Virus record (IMG/VR): IMGVR_UViG_3300033067_000977
Location: 1-48,565 of that record
Reading direction: 5' to 3' (one strand)
From: a virus
Lineage: Duplodnaviria > Caudoviricetes
DNA length: 48,565 nucleotides
A model generated the notes under the pieces. That model was not told the origin of the DNA. It did no database searches and worked only from the letters and a program-made list of their open reading frames with translations. A program made the translations under genes and the position numbers. Position 1 is the stretch's first letter. Each line of letters begins with the position of its first letter. Positions 26,748 through 35,581 of the stretch are shown here, piece after piece.

Positions 26748-29700
26748 CGGTGATGCTTGCAGGGACAGACCGCCGTCACCGTGCCCGTCGGCACCGCGAG
26801 CGTGGTCCCGGTAATAATCGTGGAATAATTCGCCGAGACGTTCCCGGCGGCATCGGTATGTTTCCCCCTGAATCGGTACGTGGTTTGCGGAAGGAGCCCA
26901 CTCAACCGGACGGTCTGGCCAGACTTCACCGCCGCGACCAGCAAGAAATCGGTACAGGTCACGCCACGGCATTGCTCAATATTCGTCGAGGTCACTCCAA
27001 CATCATCCGTCCCAGCCGTCCAGGACAGATCGAGCGCCTGGAAGTCCACCGCCGACGTGACCAGGCCGACCAGATCGCTCGGCGCCGTCACATCAGAGGG
27101 CAGTGTGAGAATGACGATCGCATCGCTATCGTCGCCGAAGTTGCCGACCGCATCGCGCGCCCGGACCTTAATCAAGTGCAACGTGGAGGCCGACAACCCG
27201 GAAAGAATCGCCGTGGTCGTCGACGGCGTCGCCCCGAGGGTGTACTCCGCCCCGGATTCCGCAACATAGACCTCGTAGCCCGTCACGCCGACGTTGTCCG
27301 TTGCCGCCGTCCAGGTCAGAGAAATCTGGCTCGCATTGAGCGGCATCCCCTGAAGTCCAATGACTTTCGACGGCACGTCCACATCGCCGGAGACCGACGC
27401 GACGCTGAACGAGATCGTGCTATCCGTCGCATTCGCATTCAGAAAGACGTCTTGGCACCGGACGTAGTAGGTATAGGTGTTCCCGTTCGAGAGCCCGGAA
27501 ATGGTCTTACTGTGAAACAGCGCGTTGGCCGACGCATCCAGTGTATTGACCATCGACCCGTAGGCAATACCGGCGCTGGTCGAATAGCGGCACGTCGAAA
27601 ACTCGTTCGTCACGATGCTGATCGTCGCCGTCGGCGTGCCCGCCGCGAGCGTTCCACTCGGCTGCAGGTTCGACCGTACCGGCGCCACCGTATCCGCCGC
27701 CGGCGTCACCGTATCGCAGTGATAGCCAGAGGGGTCCGTGTTCTCGTTTCCAAACGCATCCCGCGGATACATGCAGACAAATTTCGTCCCGACTGGCCAG
27801 GAGCGAGAATACCGGATGCTGGTCGAGGCCGGCTTGAACGTCGCAATCGAGGTAATGAAATCGTTCAGCGCATCGGCGCCGGTAAACGTCGCCGCCACCG
27901 CGCCCGCATTGGTCTGAATCTTATCTTCGCTCGGGGAATCGCTGGTCGTCGCATGCCGGAGCGAGAACCCGGTTCCTGCCGCCGTGGTCGTTCCGCCAGA
28001 CCCGCTGGACGTGCCAAGAGTGATCGTCGGATCAAAGCGCGTGCTGTCGCAGGTCTGATTGCCGTTGTGATTCAGGACGAAATCGATCTCATCTGTCGCC
28101 GACACAGTCGTCGACACGTCGTAGGGAACCGTCCCCGTCGGTGGAACCACTTGCGTCCATAACGTGGTGCCATTTTTTTTGATCGTTACGACGGTGCCAT
28201 TACTAAGGCCAGAGCATCCTGAATAATTTTCAGCCACACCTGTAATGCGAATGTCCCCATCCGCAGGAGACACCCATCGCCGAACGGCGTTGAGTGGATG
28301 CCCTGGCGCGCCACCCGTATCCCAGATGCTTAATGACGTACTCCCGCTCCAATAGGACCCCGCCCACGTCAGCAACGTCCCCACCGAGTCCAGGTAGTAC
28401 CAGATCGGCCCTTGCGTTCCCGAAAACTGTCCAGACGCACTATAGATCGTCGATCCAACTTGCAGGGTTGCCCCTAAGATCAACTCGCCGTCCGCCGTCG
28501 TTGTCACCGACCCGGACGACACCGCATCCGTTCCCGTTCCAGGATCGACTTGCTGTGTAAGTTTTGATTGGTCCAATGGGGCAGTTCGATCGACGCCGCT
28601 CTTCTCAAAAATATCCAAGGTTGACGCCGTGGCCGATCCGGTCAACGTACAGGTGACCGTATTCGCACCAGCCAGCGCATTTTTCGCAAACCGGATGGCC
28701 TGGTGCCCGCCCGAGCCGCCTGTGGCGTTCGGCACCGGCTCCCATGTGTTCCCGCGCGTATCACTGCAATTCGAGATGGAAACAGACGAGGGAACCGCCG
28801 TCAACCGCAGCGCCAAGAAATTGCCGGCCGTATTGTTCGAATTATAGGCAAGGCTGATGCTGGACCCGCTCCCCGCGACCGATCGTGACTGCACATGGGC
28901 AATCGTTTCACTGGCAACCGGGAACGCGCTCATCGGCTCGACGATGTTCAACGTATCCGTGGAGACACGGATACTCGCAGGAGACCCTGACCAAGACACC
29001 GTTGCCCCAGTGGCATCGGGGACAACCGCGGTGATCGATGGAAGCGCTGCCCCGCTCGTCGTAAAATTTAATGTGGAAGAATATGATGTTGACACGTTAC
29101 CAGCCGCATCATAGGCCTTTACGCGCAACCTATACGTCACCCCAGGAGATAATGACGACAGCGTGATCGTCGTCGTACTTGTCGTCAATAAATTCGAAAA
29201 ATTCGTACAAGTTGAGCCTGCGCAATACTCAAACTGATAGCCCGTCACCGCCACATTGTCCGACGACGGCGCCCAGGAGAACGATCCGCTAGTCGAAGTG
29301 GTCGACGTAACGGAAACTCCGGTAACTTGGCTCGGCGGCGTGGTGTCCGTCGTTACGACAGAGCATGAACCAGGACAATTTGGTATGCTAATATGTAAGT
29401 GGTCAATGAAATGTGCCCATTCGACAGTCGGCACCGGATTCACGAAGCCATCCCACGTTTCAGACCAGACCCATTCGTTTATTCCAAGGGGAGAGACATT
29501 TAAATTTGTATAATTGCCGACGAGCACGCCGTTGATCCACCACCGCACAATGCCATCGCGTGACGTGGCCGTGGTGCTCTTTTTCATATACGATTCAAGC
29601 TTCGTCCATGCCCCACGAATCACCGTGGGATCACCGACATTCGCGTGACAGATAAGGCCGAGGTCTGCTGCGCAGGCGTGGCTGTTGTCGAGACTGCCCG

Positions 29701-30166
29701 TATTGTGGCCGAACTCGATATAACAGTTTGGTTGTCCTTGCCCGGGGCATCCATTCATCCCAAAAAAATGGTTGGTGGTGGGGCCGCGCATAAACCACAG
29801 CTTATTAGCCACTGTCCGACCGTAAAATTCTGGGTTTGTTCGCCACATCAACCCCATATACATTTCATTGTAGACTTGAGGCGTGACGTAATTAAGCTGA
29901 GACCCGCCCGTATTCGCACCCGCAGAAATCGCAGACTTAAAAACACTATTCGGGGAAATCGGCGCAGTCGCGTCGGACGTGATCGACCCGGCGCTGTAGG
30001 CGTTCTCGATGCCGCACCCAGAAAGATCGCGGGAGGGGGTAGGCTTCGTATTAAAGGGGCAGTCAAGTACGACCACTGATCCCACTGGCTCATTCGGCCA
30101 TGTTTGAGCAGAGACCCCAAGGGGCCACATGGCCATCAGCGCCGCCGCAAGAAGCAGAAGCATCAC
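26744..30166 (-). CDS. Large secreted multidomain protein: polysaccharide-lyase/LamG-like domain plus fibronectin-III repeats
   Basis: Signal peptide ...PLGVSA/Q; W..LE.YMK...DGIVRWWING; repeated DTTPPS...W...DNVGVTGY...Y..RVKA.DAAGN.S FN3 motifs. Confidence 0.82.
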   Translation of the reverse strand: MMLLLLAAALMAMWPLGVSAQTWPNEPVGSVVVLDCPFNTKPTPSRDLSGCGIENAYSAGSITSDATAPISPNSVFKSAISAGANTGGSQLNYVTPQVYNEMYMGLMWRTNPEFYGRTVANKLWFMRGPTTNHFFGMNGCPGQGQPNCYIEFGHNTGSLDNSHACAADLGLICHANVGDPTVIRGAWTKLESYMKKSTTATSRDGIVRWWINGVLVGNYTNLNVSPLGINEWVWSETWDGFVNPVPTVEWAHFIDHLHISIPNCPGSCSVVTTDTTPPSQVTGVSVTSTTSTSGSFSWAPSSDNVAVTGYQFEYCAGSTCTNFSNLLTTSTTTITLSSLSPGVTYRLRVKAYDAAGNVSTSYSSTLNFTTSGAALPSITAVVPDATGATVSWSGSPASIRVSTDTLNIVEPMSAFPVASETIAHVQSRSVAGSGSSISLAYNSNNTAGNFLALRLTAVPSSVSISNCSDTRGNTWEPVPNATGGSGGHQAIRFAKNALAGANTVTCTLTGSATASTLDIFEKSGVDRTAPLDQSKLTQQVDPGTGTDAVSSGSVTTTADGELILGATLQVGSTIYSASGQFSGTQGPIWYYLDSVGTLLTWAGSYWSGSTSLSIWDTGGAPGHPLNAVRRWVSPADGDIRITGVAENYSGCSGLSNGTVVTIKKNGTTLWTQVVPPTGTVPYDVSTTVSATDEIDFVLNHNGNQTCDSTRFDPTITLGTSSGSGGTTTAAGTGFSLRHATTSDSPSEDKIQTNAGAVAATFTGADALNDFITSIATFKPASTSIRYSRSWPVGTKFVCMYPRDAFGNENTDPSGYHCDTVTPAADTVAPVRSNLQPSGTLAAGTPTATISIVTNEFSTCRYSTSAGIAYGSMVNTLDASANALFHSKTISGLSNGNTYTYYVRCQDVFLNANATDSTISFSVASVSGDVDVPSKVIGLQGMPLNASQISLTWTAATDNVGVTGYEVYVAESGAEYTLGATPSTTTAILSGLSASTLHLIKVRARDAVGNFGDDSDAIVILTLPSDVTAPSDLVGLVTSAVDFQALDLSWTAGTDDVGVTSTNIEQCRGVTCTDFLLVAAVKSGQTVRLSGLLPQTTYRFRGKHTDAAGNVSANYSTIITGTTLAVPTGTVTAVCPCKHHR

Positions 30167-30678
30167 TTCACGCCTTCCATGGAAGTTTTCGCCTTCACGA
30201 TCTGATCCTTGATCTCAGCAAGGTCGGATTTTGCGTCGGCGATTTTCTTCTTCAAGTCGGCCAGTTCCGCTTTCGCGTCCACGACTTTTTGTTTTTGCTC
30301 GGACAGATCGGCCTTTGCGTCTTTGATCTTTTGCTGGGCGGCTTCGACATCCTTCGCCAGCTTCGCCTTCGCGTCCGCGATCGACTGCTCGGCCTTGGCC
30401 TGGTCGTCAGCGATCTGCCTTTCCGTATCGGCCGCTCGCTGCTCAATTTCCTCAGCACGGAGCTCGGCCGTCCGTGTCCGCTCGGCAATCTGTTCCGCCA
30501 CCTTTGCGCCTTCCGCTTCTAGGTCCGCGAGCTTCTGCTCGGCGTCACGCTGCCGCTGTTCAATCCCCAATAAGTATTCACAGACCTTCTCGGCGTTCTG
30601 GAACACGCGAAACGTCCGGCTAGCTTGCCGGAGCTCTATCAGGGCATCGGTCGTCGAAATCGGTTCATCCTCAGCCAT
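30163..30678 (-). CDS. Coiled-coil protein
   Basis: Heptad repeats (IADAKA.L...); AGGAAG RBS. Confidence 0.72.
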   Translation of the reverse strand: MAEDEPISTTDALIELRQASRTFRVFQNAEKVCEYLLGIEQRQRDAEQKLADLEAEGAKVAEQIAERTRTAELRAEEIEQRAADTERQIADDQAKAEQSIADAKAKLAKDVEAAQQKIKDAKADLSEQKQKVVDAKAELADLKKKIADAKSDLAEIKDQIVKAKTSMEGVK

Positions 30679-30690
30679 GGTGCTTCCTTC

Positions 30691-31188
30691 CTACCTCGCC
30701 ACTCCAGGCGGAACATTCCCGTTGATCAGTAAAGTGCTCGTATTAATCGGCTGCGAGAAACTTCCGGCCGTTTGGGTAATCCTCGTCGCCTGCATCTTCG
30801 CGAGGCCTGTGCCGACAGCTCCCAGTCCCAACATCTCGCCAACCGCTGGCACATAGGTGGAGGCGAGAGACCTCGCGCGGTAGATCTGGACGCTCGGCAC
30901 AATGGAGGTTTGATACATCTGCTCATTGACGGGAGCGGGACAGCTCCAGGCCTCCGGAGAGTCACCCGCCTTCACGACCAGGCGCTTCACGCTGATGAGT
31001 TGATCGCATCGGCAAGTCAACGCGTCCGGCTCTTTGGTCTCGGCGTTGAACTTTCGTTGGTCATGCCCAACCGTGGTGCAGATCGGCCCGACCTGGATGG
31101 TATGGAAGTCCGACACAATGTCGTCATACTTCGTCACGCACCCGCTCAACAGCACCACCGCACACAGGCCCAGCATCATTGCTCGCAT
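30691..31188 (-). CDS. Lipoprotein
   Basis: MRAMMLGLCAVVLLSG-C lipobox; four more Cys; G-rich RBS; start re-called. Confidence 0.72.
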   Translation of the reverse strand: MRAMMLGLCAVVLLSGCVTKYDDIVSDFHTIQVGPICTTVGHDQRKFNAETKEPDALTCRCDQLISVKRLVVKAGDSPEAWSCPAPVNEQMYQTSIVPSVQIYRARSLASTYVPAVGEMLGLGAVGTGLAKMQATRITQTAGSFSQPINTSTLLINGNVPPGVAR

Positions 31189-31202
31189 ACGTCCCCCTTC
31201 AC

Positions 31203-32939
31203 CTAACGAAGCACACGAGCCCCGGCAGGATCGCCGGAGCTTGATTGATAGGCCCCAATATCCGGCGGCACGTAACACGGACGGCCACGGAAATCCTTGC
31301 ATCCAATCGTCGCCCACTGCCCGGCGTTCCTGAGCGTCGACGTCCCACTCAACCGATAGTTATTGTCCGCGAAGAAGTACGGATTCACGGACAGTTCCGT
31401 CCCGACCGTTGCCGCCGCATTCCACAGCGCCAGCGACGCATAGGTCGATCCCTGATAACTCCAAGGCGTCGATAACGTCGGGAGACTGTAATAGTCATTC
31501 GTATCGAAACTTGCCGCCTGAGACGCATCGACGACGACGTACTTCCACCCAGAGCCGCTTCGCACGTAACAGATGTTATTCCGGAAGCTCACGCCAGCAT
31601 TGTTCGTCGCCCCTTGGATTGCTGCCGCGAGACAACCGTAGTTACCGAATTTCGCCCCGAACAGGGCATCGTCCATGATCACCGTGTTATTGGTGAAAAT
31701 GGGTACCGTCGTTGCTCCGCTCCCTTTGGAGAACAGCGGCGCATAGTAGGCCCCTTTGATAATATTGCCAGTCACCACCGCACCTTGATTGATCGCGGTA
31801 ATGATACCGACCGCAAAGCCGTTGACAGTATTCCCCCAGGCCACGCCCCCATTGACACGCCCAATCGAAATGCCGTGCGGGGTTGAGGAGCCATCATAGT
31901 AGGTCCCGGTCACGGTATTACCGTAGATCTGCGCGTTCGCGGCATTAAACGCGGTTGCGCCATCGGTGCCGATGCTGATGCATCGCGCCGCCGGACCATA
32001 GCAGGTGACGGTGTTGTGTCGAAAAATCGCATTGTCCGCCACCGCCGTGGCATCGGTACTACTCGTCACAATCCCCAAGGCATCCGCGCCTGTCGCCCCC
32101 GGCGTCGAGAGCGTTACGTTCGCATACTCTACAATCGGCGGCTCTGTAGTACCCGTTAAGCCGGTTCCGCTCGTAATGCGGTTCAGCCGGATTCCAACCC
32201 CTAGCGCCGACGTTCCAAGAGCCGATGGGACCGTAACGCCCACAGTCGGACTTGAGATGTAGACCCATTCTGAGACAGAGACCCCCGCCGCTCGCTCAAT
32301 CCAAATAGCCGGAGTATTCGACGCACTCGCGGTGAGCACATAGGAGCCTCCCGTGATCTGGATCTTTTTCGCTGAGGTCGGCGTGGTGACGGAATAGAAC
32401 CCCGCCAGCGTGCCGATTGTGCCTCCAAGCTGCACATTGGTGAGCTTGATTGTCCCGCGCACCCACGCATCTTGAATGTGCCGATTCACCCCGCCTGCGG
32501 GAATGATGGTCCCCGATAGTTGCACCGTCGCGTCGTAGGCCGCCGTCAGAATCCGCATGACTTGCCCGGCGCCGCCTGTATTCCTGACATCGAATGCGCC
32601 AAAGGACAGTGTGTTCGCATCGTTCGAAGCCGTGAGATCAACGGTCGAAGTGGCATGGCTGGATGTGATGATGCCTGCGCCTGCCGTGACAGGGCCAATC
32701 GTGACATTCTTATTGACAGCCAGCGTGGCGGCCCCGAGATCGTAGGTGCCATTCGCAGCAATAATCGTATCCCCAGCCGAGGAAACCGTGACGGCTCGCT
32801 GCAAGGTACAGACGTTTGCCGCGTTATCCACGCATGAGGCCGCACCCCCTCCAGCTGGATCGGCATAATAAGTCGCCGCAAGCACTGTGGATGGAGCGCC
32901 ACCTAACAGAACCAGCAGAATAAGCATGCGCTGTATCAT
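31203..32939 (-). CDS. Secreted right-handed beta-helix protein (polysaccharide lyase/adhesin-like)
   Basis: Signal ...STVLA/ATYY; AGDTI..ANGTY; NTV/GNI repeats; C-terminal D..GRP...PDIGAYQ. Confidence 0.8.
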   Translation of the reverse strand: MIQRMLILLVLLGGAPSTVLAATYYADPAGGGAASCVDNAANVCTLQRAVTVSSAGDTIIAANGTYDLGAATLAVNKNVTIGPVTAGAGIITSSHATSTVDLTASNDANTLSFGAFDVRNTGGAGQVMRILTAAYDATVQLSGTIIPAGGVNRHIQDAWVRGTIKLTNVQLGGTIGTLAGFYSVTTPTSAKKIQITGGSYVLTASASNTPAIWIERAAGVSVSEWVYISSPTVGVTVPSALGTSALGVGIRLNRITSGTGLTGTTEPPIVEYANVTLSTPGATGADALGIVTSSTDATAVADNAIFRHNTVTCYGPAARCISIGTDGATAFNAANAQIYGNTVTGTYYDGSSTPHGISIGRVNGGVAWGNTVNGFAVGIITAINQGAVVTGNIIKGAYYAPLFSKGSGATTVPIFTNNTVIMDDALFGAKFGNYGCLAAAIQGATNNAGVSFRNNICYVRSGSGWKYVVVDASQAASFDTNDYYSLPTLSTPWSYQGSTYASLALWNAAATVGTELSVNPYFFADNNYRLSGTSTLRNAGQWATIGCKDFRGRPCYVPPDIGAYQSSSGDPAGARVLR

Positions 32940-33712
32940 CAGGTTGTCTCCAAGGTGTCAAAAATTGGAGGCCACGATAGGGCTGCCGTATGGACCCCGA
33001 ACCAGGCCCCATATGGCTTAACCGCGTTATAGGCCGCTTGAATATCTGCGTCCGTGGTGGTTACCGTTGCCGGGAGGTAGTAGCAATTCAGGTTGGGAAC
33101 AACTTGGCCAACGGTTGGTGTCAGTTCAGCAATTTGCCCAACACGCCCTTCGTTCATTTCGCCATTCAGCCCCATCCAGTTTTCCACACAATTCCCGATC
33201 AGCCACTTGGATGGGTAGGCTCGCCGGATATCGAGCAGTACCTCTTGTAGCGCGTTCGAGGCTGCTGGGTTGGCCGGTTGATGCTTGGCCCACGAGGCGG
33301 TGCAGTTGTCGAAAAAGAGCCCGTCAAACGGGTAGGCCGAGAGGATCGCGGCGCAAGCGTCCCGAAACGAATCTTTCCAGACCTGTTTCCGGTAGTCGAA
33401 CAGACGACGGTTGCGCCAACCTGACTGGATTGCGGCAATGTCGCCGCTTGCATTGATGAGCCACGGATCTTGGCCCACGTTGCTCCAGCGCGTGGCATTC
33501 ATGAGGACCGCATTGCCAGGTCCAGGCGCGGAGCCAGGCTCCTCCGCCACAATCTGATAGGCCAGGGTCTTGATGCCCGGCTTGAGCGCCTTGACCGAAT
33601 CGAGCCACGGCAGCGAGGCCCCTTGGTTGACGATCAGCAGATCGTACTTGGCTGCGATTGCGGCCTCTTCCGGGGTGTGCGTCACGGTGTAGCAGGTGGT
33701 GAAGAGTTTCAT
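32939..33712 (-). CDS. Putative TIM-barrel glycoside hydrolase (GH114/GH166/GHL15-like)
   Basis: KYDLLIV...PGIKTLAY...FDY...W...FDGLFFDN...LIGN...NGEMNE pattern. Confidence 0.65.
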   Translation of the reverse strand: MKLFTTCYTVTHTPEEAAIAAKYDLLIVNQGASLPWLDSVKALKPGIKTLAYQIVAEEPGSAPGPGNAVLMNATRWSNVGQDPWLINASGDIAAIQSGWRNRRLFDYRKQVWKDSFRDACAAILSAYPFDGLFFDNCTASWAKHQPANPAASNALQEVLLDIRRAYPSKWLIGNCVENWMGLNGEMNEGRVGQIAELTPTVGQVVPNLNCYYLPATVTTTDADIQAAYNAVKPYGAWFGVHTAALSWPPIFDTLETT

Positions 33713-34204
33713 TTAGCTAAATCTCCCGCTCACTCTGCACGTCGTATTCGTACCAGTTGTGACACTCCACGCGCCGTTGACTGATACCCAATCGAGAGCT
33801 GGGCTATCGAGCATAGCAGCAGCGCCTTGCGCGAGGAAGATGGTGAAAGATGAGCCTGCCCCGTCCTTGACGGTCACTTTACCAACAGAGGCGGCGGAGG
33901 TTTCACATTTGAGGGCATGCAGCAAGTCTCCAGCCGCACCAGTCGCTCCCATGGCCTGATCGGTCTGCGAGGCCGCCACATCCTCGTATTCCCATTGCGA
34001 TTCCATGCGAAAAACGGAATTCAATTTATCTTCGCCAGACAACAGGGTGCTGGGGGTCACCTTTGCGGCGTCCCCATCTCCACCGAGCGCCGACACCGTC
34101 TTGTCGGACTGCAGGAGCTGAACCTTCCCGTCAGCCATGGCCCACGGCACCCCTCCCAAGAGGAGGAGTGCCGCGACCAGAAGCCCTGTCACACGCTGCT
34201 TCAT
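33713..34204 (-). CDS. Virion-associated-like beta protein with a signal peptide
   Basis: MKQRVTGLLVAALLLLGGVPWAMA signal; YEDVAASQT....GATGAAGD motif. Confidence 0.7.
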   Translation of the reverse strand: MKQRVTGLLVAALLLLGGVPWAMADGKVQLLQSDKTVSALGGDGDAAKVTPSTLLSGEDKLNSVFRMESQWEYEDVAASQTDQAMGATGAAGDLLHALKCETSAASVGKVTVKDGAGSSFTIFLAQGAAAMLDSPALDWVSVNGAWSVTTGTNTTCRVSGRFS

Positions 34205-34218
34205 GGTGTGTCCTTTGG

Positions 34219-34443
34219 TTAGTCGGCCTTCTTGCGACCGTCGAGCTTCGACTTATCTTTCTTCCGACCCTTCTCTTCTTCCTCTTCTGCCGCAGCCTTG
34301 GCTTCCTCTTCGCCGACATGATCGTCGAGGACTTCCATCGACCGCTTGCTGACCAGCTTCATGTCAGCCACGTAGAAGACTTCGCCAATGTCACGACGCT
34401 GCATGCCATCGAACAGGATTTCTTTTGCTTTGACTTTGACCAT
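34219..34443 (-). CDS. Small head-region hypothetical protein
   Basis: GGAG RBS; KVKAK...FDG.RR..GEVF pattern; charged tail. Confidence 0.65.
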   Translation of the reverse strand: MVKVKAKEILFDGMQRRDIGEVFYVADMKLVSKRSMEVLDDHVGEEEAKAAAEEEEEKGRKKDKSKLDGRKKAD

Positions 34444-34468
34444 CAGCTCACTCCGTTTCGTTCAGAGG

Positions 34469-35032
34469 TTAATAGGTATAGGCAATCGGAGCTTTGTCCG
34501 CCGTGAACGTGGTCGGCACCGTCAAATCGCCCACCGTGCCGAACGTGCCAGTCGCCGACTTGGCCGTGAGCGTTTGCGCCGCGCCCACCGCCGTCGGCAC
34601 CGTCCGCAGCCGTCCCGTGTTCCCGTTCATCGTCACCGAGAGGTAGTACTTCTGAGGGCCGATCACTTCGACCGGCGCCGTAAACGGGATTTCCTGGTAG
34701 GTCGCCAAGGTCCCGACGGTCACCCCGGCGAGGTCAGAATTCGCGAGGAGCTTCCCGTCGGCGTCATGCAGTTCGACGATCGCCTTATCCGTCCCGCCAA
34801 CCGTCCCGATCAGATAACCGATTCCGGTCAGAATCGTGTTGTACGGCACGAAAATTTCGGTGCTGAACCGCGTCCCAGAGGCCGGAGTGGTATCGGTCCC
34901 ACCGGTCAACGACGTCACCGCCGGCCAGGTGTGCCATTTGCTCGACCCGCCGGACACGATCGGCTGCACACCTCCGACCATCCAACGCAGCCGTCCAGCG
35001 ACCCGAGAAAACAATGATGTTTTGAGCGGCAT
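34469..35032 (-). CDS. Putative head decoration/structural protein
   Basis: T/G/A-rich beta protein following the cement gene; AAGGGAG RBS (GTG at 35038 is an alternative start). Confidence 0.65.
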   Translation of the reverse strand: MPLKTSLFSRVAGRLRWMVGGVQPIVSGGSSKWHTWPAVTSLTGGTDTTPASGTRFSTEIFVPYNTILTGIGYLIGTVGGTDKAIVELHDADGKLLANSDLAGVTVGTLATYQEIPFTAPVEVIGPQKYYLSVTMNGNTGRLRTVPTAVGAAQTLTAKSATGTFGTVGDLTVPTTFTADKAPIAYTY

Positions 35033-35054
35033 AGCCACACTCCCTTATGTGTGA

Positions 35055-35084
35055 GCCGCCGCGAGGCCAAGGCCCCGCAGCGGC
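35055..35084 (-). terminator. GC-rich hairpin after capsid/cement genes (attenuator or stabiliser)
   Basis: GCCGCTGCGGGGC-CTTG-GCCTCGCGGCGGC stem-loop with no U-tract. Confidence 0.5.
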
Positions 35085-35092
35085 CACGGTCG

Positions 35093-35530
35093 TTACACCG
35101 TGATCGTGTAGTTCTTCGCGTACGGTTTCGAGTTCTGGAAGTGACTCACCGGGATCAGGTGTGCAGACACCGTCACGCCAGTCGTTCCAGACACGTTGTT
35201 AAACGCCAACCCGACATAGCGCTTCGTCACCGACCCTTGCGGAATCGGAATCGCGAAGGTATACCCCGCAACCAGCGTCGCTTCCGCCGGGAAGACCGCC
35301 GCCAAAATGTCAGCCGCGGACAGGTCAGCGTTGGCCGACTGAATCGCGCGGAATTCGTACGCCCCGCCACCTGTCGCCGCCACTTCCACGTTCACCGCAA
35401 TGCACATCGGCTCGCCGCCGCCGATGTCGTTCTTCGGCGTCGGATTGCCGCAGTCGATCGTATTCGTCGACACGGCGTCGATCGTGAGCGCCTGCGAGTC
35501 AGACAGTTGGTTCTGTTTATCGAGAATCAT
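35093..35530 (-). CDS. Capsid cement protein (BPP-1 Bbp16-like)
   Basis: MILDKQ..LSDSQA.T...STNTID....DIGGGEP...KRYVGL pattern directly after the capsid gene. Confidence 0.8.
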   Translation of the reverse strand: MILDKQNQLSDSQALTIDAVSTNTIDCGNPTPKNDIGGGEPMCIAVNVEVAATGGGAYEFRAIQSANADLSAADILAAVFPAEATLVAGYTFAIPIPQGSVTKRYVGLAFNNVSGTTGVTVSAHLIPVSHFQNSKPYAKNYTITV

Positions 35531-35581
35531 GGTTCAGGTCCTTTCGTTTCGCTAGTACTGGTGCTAGTTCACATGGTCCAC

